A stretch of DNA of 64,000 bases from Chrysomallon squamiferum (GCA_012295275.1 CM022673.1:26412001-26476000), one strand, 5' to 3'; numbered from the stretch's first letter, positions 14,014 to 27,900 are shown. A program made the numbers and translations. The notes: a model not told the origin generated them from the letters alone.

Positions 14014-16333
14014 TACTAATTATTTACTAATTATTTATTATTTTTAAATTAATTATATAATTCTTATTCATCATTTTTATTTGTGTTGTTTCTTCACTAG
14101 TGTTTTTTTTATTATATAAATTTAAATAAATTTAATTTTCAGGTTGCTAAGTGTTTAGGAACAGAACACCATGAGGTGTTTTTCACTGAAGAAGAAGGAA
14201 TTGAAGCCATTGATAAGGTTATTTATCATCTAGAGAGCTATGATATAACCACCATTAGGGCATCTGTAGGTATGAAAAAAAATAATAGTCAAAATAATAA
14301 TAATCAAAAAAAATTATTAACGTTTAGAAATAGAATATATTTTTTCAACGATTGTAGACAAATATGTTGAAGGAATGAAACATTTAATGCACTACGGTCC
14401 TTAATTGTTTTGATAAGTTTTAACACAATTATTGTTCCTTTAAAAAAGATGCTTGCAACAAAGAATGCTGCTATCAGTCATGGTGTTAGTATAGATTTTT
14501 AAATAATACACATGATGTCTCATCTCCTATCATAATCAATTCATGTTTCAGGTATGTACTTGCTGAGCAAATACATTAGCACAAAGACCAACACAGTGGT
14601 CATTTTCTCAGGGGAAGGGGCAGATGAAGTTGCTCAAGGTTACATTTACTTCCACAGCGCACCAACTCCATCAGCAGCTGATGATGAAAGTCACAGACTT
14701 CTACAAGATCTGTACACGTTTGATGTGTTGAGAGGAGACAGAACAACTGCAGCATTTGGGCAAGTTTTGAACAAATCACTGCACATCACACGTTTTTGTA
14801 TTTTCTAGATCTTTAAGATCACATTGAACAAATCACTGCACATCACACATTTTTGTATTTTCTAGATCTTTAAGATCACACGGAACAAATCACTGCTCTT
14901 TTCACATTTTTGTATTTTCTAGATCTTTAAGATCACATTGAACAAATCACTGCATATCACACGTTTTTGTATTTTCTAGATCTTTAAGGTCACACTGAAC
15001 AAATCACTGCACATCACACATTTTTGTATTTTCTAGATCTTTAAGATCACACTGAACAAATCACTGCACTTCATACATTTGTATATTTTCAGCATCTTTA
15101 AGATTATATTGCTTGATAAGTTTAATTTCAAACCCCAGATCTCCATTAATTTTAGTAAAATGAATCTATTTTGCATTATTCCATAAAGTTAAAAGTTTCA
15201 GATACAGAGCATACAGTGAGATAAACTATGAAATATTTTTAAAAGAAATCATTTGATATCTGAAAGCAGAATCCAATAAATCACGTTTTGGTTTGGAAAA
15301 TATATTTGTATCTCAAAGAGCAAAGATGGCACTTGAAACAGAATTGATATCTATTAAATATGTTATGTTCACTTTATTACCATATGTTATGTTAATATTA
15401 ATAATTACCACAAAATTGTATATCTATTTTTAAAAATGGAAATTATTATTATTATTATTGAATAACAAATAAAATGCTGGATTATACAAAATCCATTTCT
15501 GGTACATCTGAAGTAGAAGACATCTGAGTTATATTTGGTATAGATCAGCTATTGTTTTAATTAAAATAATACAATACATTTATTATTACAAAATGTTATA
15601 TTTTTTAAAATATCCAGAATATATTTTTCTCTCTGTTATTGTTTTCATTTAGTTTAGAGATAAGAGTACCATTCCTGGATCATCAGTTCACCAGCTATTA
15701 TCTGTCAATTCCTGAAGCTATGAGATTGCCTCAGAAAGGCATAGAAAAATATCTGCTACGCTCTGCTTTTGACAACAGTGATCTTCTTCCAAAGGACATT
15801 TTATGGAGGCCTAAAGAAGCCTTTAGTGATGGAGTATCCTCCATAAAAAGATCCTGGCATGATGTCATTCAAGAACATTTTGATCAAAAGGTAACAATTG
15901 GTTTGTAATTGCAATATTCAGTTCAAAATGAACCAATGTTTATTAACCTAACATACAGGTTCTGGCTAATGATTATAAAACTTTGCATATTATACCTAGG
16001 TGATTAGAAGTTTAAGATATTCAGATCTGAATTGTTGCTCAATTATTCCAATTCTTTGTTTTTGTGAAGGTATGAATAATAATGATGATGTGATGCTAAT
16101 AGAAACAATAATGATACTGTTTCAAAACTTTTCAGATTAACAATGATGAATTGGGACAAGCATCTTCCCTATTTTCACACAACACACCAAGAACAAAAGA
16201 AGCATTATATTACAGGAAGACATTTGAGAAATACTATCCAGGAAAATCATACTGGATTCCATATTTCTGGATGCCAAAATGGTCCAAATCAGATGATCCT
16301 TCTGCAAGATCTTTAAAATATTACAAGCAATGA
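11295..16333 (+). CDS. ASNS: Asparagine synthetase [glutamine-hydrolysing], ~551 aa; coding exons 11295-11542, 11703-11940, 12136-12312, 12940-13032, 13549-13676, 14143-14269, 14552-14759, 15653-15890, 16136-16333
   Basis: Ntn-amidotransferase start [44 protein letters not shown]; synthetase motifs [51 protein letters not shown]. The reconstruction needs one extra base at ~11495-11498 and a GC donor at 14760. Confidence 0.96.
12560..12900 (-). mobile_element. Possible very old L2/CR1-type LINE 3'-end remnant in an ASNS intron
   Basis: The minus strand gives fragments TSYGE..AFS...WNSL...FKSK, resembling the conserved end of L2/CR1 ORF2. It is highly degenerate. Confidence 0.3.
14769..15110 (+). 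repeat. 57-bp minisatellite, ~6 copies, at the start of the ASNS GC-AG intron
   Basis: Unit gaacaaatcactgcacatcacacgtttttgtattttctagatctttaagatcacatt starts at 14769, 14826, 14883, 14940, 14997 and 15054 (last copy degenerate). Confidence 0.95.
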
Positions 16334-18361
16334 ACCATTTAAATGAAAAATTATTAATAATAAAACTGGCAATAAAAAGTAGTCACTAAAGATATTTTAA
16401 TTATAAAATGAGCAGATGTTTGTATTTTATTGGAGATTAAATTCACCTTTGGACTTCATCTAGAAAACATTATTACTTTATATATATGATTCAACAGCTG
16501 TTTATTAGAAATTTAGTGTTCAAAGAAATTATTTTTATAAATTGAATTTTGATTAATGTAACAACAATAAAGTAGTTTTACCAGTAATTTTTCACATATG
16601 TTGTGTATATATTTTTATTTTTTTGAATACAGTGAATGGACTAGACTAATATAATTTAGGAACTAAATTAATTTTGAAGGAAAATTGTTGAATATTAATT
16701 ACTTTTTCCTTCCAAATTGAGTTTCTGTGTGTCAAAATATATATTAGTTTTCATCAGTCATAAATAACATGGCAAAGATAAAAACAGAAAGAAATTTAAC
16801 TATTAAAATGATTTAGAAAAACCATAATGAGACTTTATTTTCCACCTATAATTCATATTAAAAAGCAATTTTATAATTTTAACTGATCAAAAAATAATAA
16901 TAATAATAATATGAAAATAAATAAATAATAATGATAAAAATAAAAAATAAATTTAAACTATGCAATGATATTTTTAAAATAACATGTTTAAAAATTTACA
17001 TATTCATGACTTTAAAAATAAAAAATTTAAAAAATCAATAATTTTATTATTATGGGTGGACTTTGAATAAGCAACCTATTTTTTAAAATGAATAAAAACT
17101 AAGTTAATACATTTTGGTAAAAAGTGAAAGAGAAGAAGAGGATGAATGTAGTTTGAATTGTGTATATATATAATAAATATACAAATATAAATAATATTAC
17201 TGAACAAAAATAATAATAATGAATTAAAAAAGATGAATAAAACATTGTTTTAACATAGTTAGGTTTATATTCACTTCAAAAATATTTATATAATAAAAAA
17301 ATAATCCTGTTAAAAAATGATTTTTTTTTTTTTTTTAAATCTAACAAGTTTAATATTCATTATGCATTATAACTGAAATTAAACATAACTTTTTGCATAA
17401 CTTTGATAATATAATGTTCTACCCCAAGATTAACCAAAATATTTCTATACATAAAATATGATATAGGTAAAAATGCATACTTATATCCACTAAATTTAGT
17501 TTAGTAATAAAATTTAAAAAAATTAAATAAACCATTAACAGAGTTTATTCTGTAAAATGCACACATCTAACAAATAGGTGAAAATGAAAGGCCTTACCCA
17601 CTGGTCTAATTATTTGAATTAATATAGATATATATATATATATATATATCTTCTAAGTGACAGATGAAAATGTACAATTAATAATCTAGAAAGCATTTAA
17701 CAAAATAAAAAATAAAAATATTAAATATATTTGTTTTTTTTTTATTTTTAAAAATAAAGAAATAAAATAATTTAAAAATAAAATAAAAATATATTTAGAT
17801 AAAATCTTTTAAAAATGTCTAAACCTAATCTAAATCAAAGCTTTGAAATTCAGTTTTCAAAATCTTTTGATTTGGTTGGTATAATTGTTGGTCTTTTTTA
17901 AATTCCTGTGCTACACAAAAATGGCCAAATGTACTGAATTCTATCAAAACAAACATTTCAGAAAGAAAATAACATTAAAAAATGTATTTTAAAATATATA
18001 TAATTTATAAATATAAATACACAATATCACATAACAAAAATTAAATATTTATTTTGAGTCTCTCTGAACATTAATGTATAAAAATCTTTTAATTTTTACA
18101 TTGTTGTTGTTGGTAGTTGTAATTTTATCCTTCCAGTAGTAGGCCTAAAAAAAAAAAAAAGAAAAAGATTTTAAAAAGGCAATTTTATTTAGTAGTTTAA
18201 AATTCTTGCATTGATTTCTTGTATATAGGTTTGCTTTGCTTATTATTTATTTATACGTGTATGTACATTTATTTATTTATTTATTTATTTATTCTGGGGG
18301 ACGTGTATACGTGTGTTATAACATATTAAATGTTCAGAGAGACGTGAATTTTCTTTCTTTC

Positions 18362-18408
<47 letters not shown>

Positions 18409-18796
18409 CATTACTGGAAATAAAATCAACAAAAGGAAATAGTTATCGTGTCTGCACTTGACCAATGAGCGAATCTTTAAGTTTTTCCTTTAATCTAGAA
18501 GTTTTGTCGTCAACTGATACATAAATTATATTTATAAAAGATTATGAAATTAATAATAAAAATAAAAATAAGCCAATAAATTAAAAATTGCACCCGTTTT
18601 CATATTAATTTCTCCACCCCAATAAAATCTGTGTATCTGGTAACCTTTTGATACATTTTTCAATTCATTTAAAATGTAATGCTTTATATGTTACGGTTCG
18701 TATGGTTTGATGACAGGTGGTATTTAATAAATGACAACAACAGGCTGAACAGCGAATTAAACAATCAATAACAAAGACAAACCACTAGATAAAAAA

Positions 18797-18960
18797 TGAC
18801 GTTATGCATGAGGCTACCTCGCAAGACGAATGACTGATTGCCACGTTGGAAGTTCTGCTCATTGTGTGTATATTATATGTGCCGAGCTGATGTTGTTTAC
18901 ACTCGAATGAGTCCGGGTTTTGTGAATATTCATGAGCTTCATTATCACACAACATGGCGA
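18797..18960 (+). promoter_or_regulatory. TTC17 proximal promoter motifs (TGACGT, ATTGCCACGT, YY1-like AACATGGCG over the ATG)
   Basis: TGACGT at 18797-18802, ATTGCCACGT at 18837-18846 and AACATGGCG at 18951-18959, within a locally CpG-richer stretch. Confidence 0.35.
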
Positions 18961-21900
18961 CGTCCATGATTGTGGTGTTAGTTGTAAATCTTATTTTAGA
19001 ACAGTGTTTTTTGGCAAGTGGATCAACACATTGGATTGTTACAGAAAATGGCAGAGTTCAGAGTCAGGTATACGTCCTTAAATGTTCGCTTCCGGAAAAT
19101 TAAAAAACAGAGTAAAAACATTAATGAAACGAGCATTTGTAATAAATGAAACAGTAGTTTTCTGGTTTGAGCCTTGAGGTAGCATTTTCAGGCCTTTGAT
19201 ATATTTATTTATTTCAATGTACATAATTAAATGTGTTTTTGTTATAACAAATTGCACACGCTAAAATAATTGTAACATTTATATACGAAATATTTTTATT
19301 ACATTTTTTTAGCTAATAAATCATAATGCATAATAAAGTAATGAACCAGAAAATGAATAATTAATATAATACTGAACTGAATGATCTGTAATGGTTTCCA
19401 GTTTAAAGTGAGATTTGGTAGGAAAATATAACAGTAAAATAGGCTTGCTATCAGTACAGAGGTATACTGTATATATCATTCTCACTATATGTAACCAAAG
19501 TATTAACAATTGTTATCAGTAGTATTAATGAGTAGTAAATATCATGTTAGCATGCTGTATAAAACCAGTAATTTGCATTAGCTGTATTACTTATCAAAAC
19601 ATTTATAGTTTATTCTAATTATTTGTTTTTATTCATTTTAATTAAGCAGATATATTTGGTAAATTTCTTTAAATTATCCTTTATTAATAATCATGAACAG
19701 CAAATATGTTTGTTGTGCTAATCCAAAGCAAAGTTTTGTATAGCTGATGGTCAAAGCAATTTTAACATTTTGAATCATTTGATGCCAGTGTATTAAATCG
19801 GTAGGATCATATATCATATGTATTGGTGTCTGATGATATGTTGTTCTATTTTAACAGTTTATTAAATATACTATATCTTAATGAAAAGGATTAATAAATA
19901 ACATTATAGTTATCTTCTTATCACTGAAATCACCTTATCTGAACTCACCCTTTTACTCACCTTATCTGATCTCTTTCTTGACATAAATGTTTTAGACATG
20001 ATATATATACATACATATATACATATAAAAATATATATATATATATATAGTAGCATAGAATAATTTATAATATATAAGATACCTTTTTGATACATGTAAT
20101 CTCGGGCAAAATCTCAAAGATTGTCAACACCATGTACATTTGTTCCATTTCAGTATTTTTAAACACTGGTATCATAGAAGAGATTTCAAATTTATCATTA
20201 AACAGTATGATTATTCACTAAAATAAACACTAGCTTTCTGAACCATTTCCCATCGCTGTCAAAGCATAATGTATAATAGAGAAGATTTACAGAGAATTTT
20301 TTTCATTTGTTCAATTTAAAACACGCTTTAAAATAATTAAAATAAGTAAAATAATTAAACTGTTAACTTGAACTTGTCTCATTATCATTATGTAAAGATA
20401 TTTAAAAAAAAATCATATTGGTTTTGTCAGTTCTGTTATCCAAGCTTTTTAAAAACTAATATCCATCTTTTGCAGCCTGATACTGTATTCAATATGCGAC
20501 GTCCATATGATCTTGTCGCATTCATGAAGCAGGAAGACAGGGCTGTGATGCTTAATAATTTGAAAAAAGAACTGTTAAACAGAAAAGATGAGATAGACAA
20601 AAATGAAGATCGTGACACAGGTTAGATTTCTTTGTTATCTTTCCATTAGTTGTAGGTGATCCAGGAATATGTTTTTTTAAATGTTTAATCTTCCTTTATG
20701 TTTATTGATTTGTTGCTTTACTGTGCAGCAACAAACTGAGAGACAATAAGCTGGTATGAAAATAACAATCAGTATGTCATTATAGTTGTCACAGTATTTT
20801 TCATGCATTATTAATCAGTACAGGATTGTATCGGCTGCTTTATAAATAAACAGCACTGTCATGTGACTATGCTTTTAGAAACAGTGCATTTGATACTGAT
20901 CAAAAATGATGAAGCTTTTAAAATAATGAATACATTCAGGTAAGCCAGTTAATTCAGCTTTGTATATTCACACAGGAATCCGACAGTGATGATAATTCTG
21001 CAATTATTTTGTAATCAATATTGTATTCTTTATTTTATTTTTACTTCTTTGTTGTCTGCAAATTAATAATAAATCATCTGCTGATCTCTTTGAATATATA
21101 TATGCTAACTGTTAAACATTTCACAAACAAAAACCGTTGCATTGTTAATAAATCAGGAATATCTGTTCTAAAACATGATTGATAACAGGCAGTGATTAAT
21201 ATTAAGACAAATACAAATTTACTTATTATTGCAAATAGTGAAACATTCTTGTATTCATAAGTGGTATAATCATTTAGGGTTGAAATGACTTTTAATAAAA
21301 ATTTTCAGTCGGTATTATTTAAGGTAGAAAATAAACAGGATAACAGGACATATATGACACACACTTGAATGTTTTATTATGTGCAAAATTTTACTGTTAA
21401 CAAGTCATAACATTCAGTTAACACATTTTTACAACATACAGTCCAGCTTCAGAAACATAATGTACATTTTACTTAAGTCACTCTAAAAATGTTAAAATAG
21501 GTTTAAGTTTGTCAGTGTATTCCTATTTTGATACCAGATTTTCTGTAATGTCTATATAAAAAAAAAATTATATATGTGTTTGTATATTTCTAAATATATA
21601 GGTATATAATATATATCTCTGTGAGTGTGTGTGTCGTGTATCTGTGTTAATTAGTTTTTTTCAGTTATTAAAACTTTAATGTTGTGTTTTTACTAGGACT
21701 GGAACAGAGGTTCTATAAAACAGATTTAGACTGCATTGAGGCTGGAAAACCACTACCTGAGTTTGATCTCTACATCAGTACAGTGCTGCCTTTGGAAAAC
21801 AAACGTATACGGTAAAACAAAAACAAAGAAAGTTTACAAACACTTGTAACAAAACAGTACAAGTGCTAAACATTATCACTAAAATTTAATTTACGAAATG

Positions 21901-24900
21901 TTACCAGGCAGTTAGTTTTCTCATTAATACTACAGACTGTTTTTATTGTTTAATATTTAGCATTTTTAATGAACAAAGAAGTTAGTGTTAGTAATTCAAT
22001 GTTATTCAAAAGAGAAAAAGTAAAACACAAATGAACCTTTCTTCAGTTGCATTGTATAATTTATATTTTTTCTTTCTACATTTTCAGACCAGAAGAACAC
22101 ATTGATATGAACACATCTCCAAAAGAACCTTATATTCAACCTGACTGTACCTTAGTGACACATTTAGATTTCAGTATGCACACTTTTGAACATTTGGAAG
22201 TAAGCCATTTTAATGCTTTATTCTAAAACAGATAGATAGATAGATGTAGTTTGATTAGATAAACAGAGAGAATGATTGACAAATACATATTTATTTTATT
22301 GTCTATCTGATATTTTTTTTCATTATTAAGCTGTAAAATGTTTTTATAAAAAAACAGATAATTCTTTTTTCAATTAAAAAAACTGAAAAATTTTATTGAA
22401 CATAGACATGAAAATGTTGATGGGATTTTTCATTTTGCCTGCACATTGAAGGGACTGCAAAAAAGAGTGATCTTTAATTCTTTCTGGAAAACAAAACTTG
22501 GACTGAAAAATCTAACAAAGTGGCATTAAAATTGGATGTTATGGACATCTTGTTTATATTTTTTGCAAAAAGTGAGTTATCTTTTGAGATAATTAAAACA
22601 TAATTTTTCATCATCCATTAAATGGCATCATGTATTTGATGTTATTCAAAAAAAAACAGGATCATTTTATTAAATATTTCTCTAAAGGTTTCTAAAATGA
22701 GTTATAAAAGTTTTAATGTAGAAAAAGATGTATGCACAAAATATTAGACTGGTCCTAAAAACAGGATCATTTTATTAAATTAAATCAACATTTTTAATCT
22801 TATAAAATATGATTTGTTTGATATAATTTCATTATTTGTTTTAATATAATTTTTGTTTGTCATATATTTCAAAAAATAAAAAAACATTCTTGTTAATGTT
22901 TTTTATAATATTTTTTTGTTTCAGAACAAAACATCTTGGGTTTTGTACAATATGGCTACTTTTTATTGGAGAATAAAGGGTGAACCATATCAAGCTATTG
23001 AGTGTGTTCCGTAGAGCTCTGCATTATTCTCCAAGGTATATTTATTTTATATATTTTCTAAACTGAATTACTAAAAACTATAATTTAAAAAAAAAAAAAA
23101 AAAAAAACAATATATAATAATAATAAATCTTTAGGAATTCTCAAATATTTTAATAACTTTTTTCATCCATTCAAAAAAGAAAAGAAAAAGACTAAAAGAT
23201 AATACTGGAATATAAATTAAGATTCAATATACTGAACAGAAATTTCTCTTCATAATAAAAGTTTCCAAACAAATTTTTAAATTTTAAATCATTGAAATAA
23301 TTACAGAAATCATAAGGATATTGCCCTTATCAGTCTTGCCAACATCTTGCACAGAGCAAGATATTCAAATGAAGCAGCCATTGTTGTTCATGCCGCACTA
23401 GATGTATCAAGAGAACTCAATGTTAATCATTTCACATTAGGAAATATCTATGCTGTAAGTATCATTTTCATTGTAATTATCATTAAAATGTGTTCTGTAA
23501 TTTGATAAAAAAAATATATATATTAATCATAATATACTGTAAAATCTGTTTACAGTACAGTTTAATTATGTAAGTAAAATTTTTTCTTTATTTTGATGCA
23601 GATGTTAATTATTTTATATTGAATTACTTGATTATTTCAGAAACATTTTTGTATAGATAAAATATATATTTAAAATTTATTTCACACATCATTTCTGAAT
23701 ATTTATTCTGCAAACTCTGCTAAACTGTCTTTTTTTATTGTTTCATTTTTGTAATTGACTGATAAAAGAAATCAGATTATCCATTAAACAGATAAGTGTG
23801 TTAAAGAAATATCATTGAACTTTTATCTGGACTTGGTTATCTGTTTGCTTGATAATTACTTAATCTGTTACCGAATCTGTTGACAGGTGCTGGGTGAATA
23901 CAATAAATCGGTGATCTGTTTTGAAAACACGCAGCGGATTCAGCCAGACTTTGAAGCAGCAGCCAAGAGAAGGTTTGCAGTTCTGTGTCACTCCAAGCTG
24001 GAAAGTGCACTGGAAGCTCAGCACAAGTGAGATTTTGTCCCAGCTAACAATTTGATCATTAAATTTTTTTTTTTTAAATATACACCTATATAGTGTATCC
24101 TATTTTCATTCGAAAATGTTCTAGTGTTGAATTTAATAAAAAGAAAAAAAGAAAAAACAGAATAATAAAAAAATTGATCTCCGATTCAGATTCTTAATTT
24201 TAGAAATTGTATGGGTACTAAAGAAATATTTCTAACAAAAAAAACAAAGTTCTCTTATTTTGAAAGAAACATACATATCCTAAAGAAAATATCTCAAATT
24301 GCTAATCCTAAATTATTGGCATATATATATATATATATATATACATGTTATTAAATAAAAAATTTCTTTCAGATCATTACAACGGACTCTGAAAGATCTC
24401 AAGGATTATCAGAACAAACATGACAAGTGGCAGGCCCAGAATGAGAAGCTGACTGCGGAACAAGTCATTCCAGAGGTCAAGATAGCACAAACTATTGCAT
24501 ATGAGCAGCAAAAGATAAAAAGACATAATGCTGAAGTAGGTAAGATAACGAAACAACCCCGAAACAAACCCCAGTTAAACGTTAAAATAGCAAACTACTC
24601 ATGAACAGGTAAATGTGGTGAGTTTTAAAAAGTTAAATCAATTTGGTAAGATGGAATTTTTTAATGTATATAACCTTATTTGTTTTCTTTTTCTTTTTTT
24701 TCTTTCTTTTTTTTTTCTTTTTTTCTTTTTTTCTTACAAATTATTGTATTAAAATAAACTGTTCCTGTGAAATAAATGTTGATTACCAAGTTCGAAGGAA
24801 GTTTTTTTCTTGATATCATAATTGTAATTTTACTATCACTTGCATTTTTAAAAATTAAATTAAATGCTGTCATTACCTTATTAATATACATTGTATAAAA

Positions 24901-27900
24901 CCAAGATGTTGTAAAAACAGAAAGTGTTATATATTAATAAACTAAATAAAAATAAAAATTTATATAATGATATTTCATATTTTGCTATTCTAATTTTCCG
25001 TCAGTGTTCTAAATATATTCCAGTGTTTTAAGTAGTTTTAAAGTTATTTGAAGATTTTTATTTTATTCGTGTATGTCAAATTTTTTTTTATTACAGTTTA
25101 TCTAATTTTTTTTATAGTTTTATTAAATTTAATCCTGTGTTTTAATCACACTGTTTTTCATTCAGGCGAGTACTGTAGAATGGTAGAGAGAGAAGGAAAA
25201 CAAGTTTTGCTCTGTACCTGGAGTCGCAGATCCCCATCACTGGATTTTGAGTTTGGCTTCCTGGATGAAGACACAGAAAAGGAGAGTTCAGATGAGGTGA
25301 GTCATCAACAACAGTACAATGAGTTAAAAAATATCTTGTGTTCAGAGATATTTATTGTGATTTATCAACAACTGTACAAACTACAATGTGTTAAAAAATA
25401 TCTTGTGTTTAGAGAAATTTTGTTTCTGTCGTTACAAATAGAATAATCATTAACATTAAATTTTTTTTTTATTTTACAGATATTTTATTTAAGAAAAATA
25501 TAGCTGCATATAAAAAAAAATATATATATATTAATAATAAAAAATATAAAGGAAGTACCAGTAAACAATAAAATTTTTTTTTTTTTTTTTTAAATACCTC
25601 TATCTTAACAGTAATGGATTAGTAATTAAAAACATCTGATTAAAAAAAGCCATAATAGGATGAATCATTTCTGTTTTATTTTAATTCAGTTTAAAAGTTG
25701 TCTGTTAAGAAATATTTAGACAAATTGTTTTGTTTGCAGGTTCCAAGATATGATGAATATTCCAGAAAGAAACACAAAAGAAAGGATGATTACTCGAAAC
25801 CAGTGAGACCACCACTTCATACAAAGGACAGAGTTGTAGCTCCAAAGGTAACATTAATATTACTGTACTGTGTCATTCATTTAAATCTGTATTAGGTGTT
25901 GATAATATTAAAATATACATTGTTTTTATTTTAATTACTTTTTTAAACATTCCTCTAATTTTGTTTTGTCTACAGTTTTCTTTATTATTTACAGTTTTTT
26001 TATCATTGTGTAATACTGTAAAATGTTCATCCAGTGAAAGTAATTTATAAAATATTAGTTTTTTTCTGAAAAATGAATGATTTTATTTAAAATGTTTTTA
26101 AGATTCATGGTAATATATTTATTAAATATTTGATAGTTTTCATTTCATAGTTTTTATTGTCCAAATGAAAATGAGCAAATTACACAGTCAATTCATTATT
26201 TATTTTCTTTTTGTCTCAAAGATATTTATAAGAATGTCAGTTTATAGAAATTTTAGTTCTGCAATTGCAAATAGAATAATCATTAACATTAAAGTAATAA
26301 AAAAAAAAGATAAATAATTAGACCATTTAGAGCAAATATTTCTAAAACAATATATTTTTTTAATATTTAAAAATGCAAAATCATATTCATCTAATAGGGA
26401 TATAAATACATTTGGGTGTTTAAACTAATAGTGATGTTTTGTTTTCTTTATTAAGATGAACTCAGAACACATGATAGAAGCTTGGCCTTCTAAAGAAGAA
26501 TGTGACATGTTTGTTCAGAAAGTACCAGATCCCAGAAATCTGTCCACTATATATCTTTCCCCAGAAAACAAAGGATTTGAGTATGTATCATTGTGAAATA
26601 CACTTATTTTTGGTGTTTTCAGACTCAAAACACTGAAAGCAAACTCATATCAACTACTGTTTACTAAGGGGTCATATGTGGCAAAAATACCGAATTGAAA
26701 TTTGATGGAAATAATCCCCTTTTGATTCCATAAGGAACTAGTACTAGTTTTTCTTTTTTTTGTGACAAATGCTTAATTTTATTTCTGGCTTTTTTTTTAT
26801 TTTTTATTATATTACCCCATTTCATTAACCTCTCCAATATTTATATATCATTCAAACTGCTGGGGTTCATCATAGACATGTATTTCTACAAAATAACTGA
26901 AACAAATTAATCTTTGTTTACATACATCAAAAGAAATAATTTAAAAAAAAAAAAAAAATACTTGGACCATTTATCTGAAATCATTATTTTCTTATGTACA
27001 TTTTCTAAACGGTCATATCAAAAACTAAAAAAAAAAAAGAAATTGTATATTGAAATTTTGTAATTTTTAACCTAGCAACTAATCCATGAAAGACTAAATG
27101 AAAAATGAACAGATAAGAGAAAACTGGTTTGTGGGATTTTTTTTATTGATAATTATTTCTTTTTAATTTACCACAGGGTCAAAGCCTTGTTGAATGAAGC
27201 TCAGAATTTAAAACCCACCAGTGAGCACCCACTTCCATGGTACCCACCAGTGTGCATACCACTGCTGGAGTTACCAGATGGATCCCTGGAAATTGATAAA
27301 ATAAAAACCGTCACCTATGCCGAACGCAGCAGAATTCCACTCAAAGTAAACGACCCCTCCATGAGACCAGTATGTACAAGAATTTAGATTTTATTTTTAA
27401 TCTTTTGTAACAATATGACATTTTGTTCATTTTTTTGAGGATTTTTGATGTCTTGTTAATTGATAAATGTATGAATTACGGTTAAAAAATATGTTGTAAT
27501 AAAATATTTAATAATTAGATTTTAAAATTCTGTTAGCTGAAAGTTAAGACTTGGTCTATAACTCTTGACACAATGGTTCACATAATAAACAATGATGAAA
27601 TTTGGTTGATTAATATTAAGATGGTGTTTTTTCAATGATGATTTGTCAGATACTGCTACAACATGTACCAGGACCTATGATAACAGAGGAGGAGATTGGA
27701 CAGCGCATCCTTACGGCTCTCAAAGAGGTACATCCAGATTTTACACCCAAATATTTACTGTATTGAAAAAAATACTATTTTCAGCAAATATATATATATA
27801 TATAATAGTTAATAACAAAGTACAGAGATATCTGAATGTTTATCTTATATCTGCAATTTTTAAATTATTTTTTTATATTATTTTTAAATGTTGAAAAAAG

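Noticed and set aside
14769-15110. Regularly spaced repeats resembling a CRISPR array (also 45369-46238)
   Set aside because: The units are head-to-tail with no unique spacers, lie in eukaryotic introns and have no cas genes nearby.
20879-20945. Candidate extra TTC17 exon ending CAG|GTAAGC
   Set aside because: Neither nearby acceptor preserves the frame, and exons 2 and 3 already join as the conserved RDTGLEQR.
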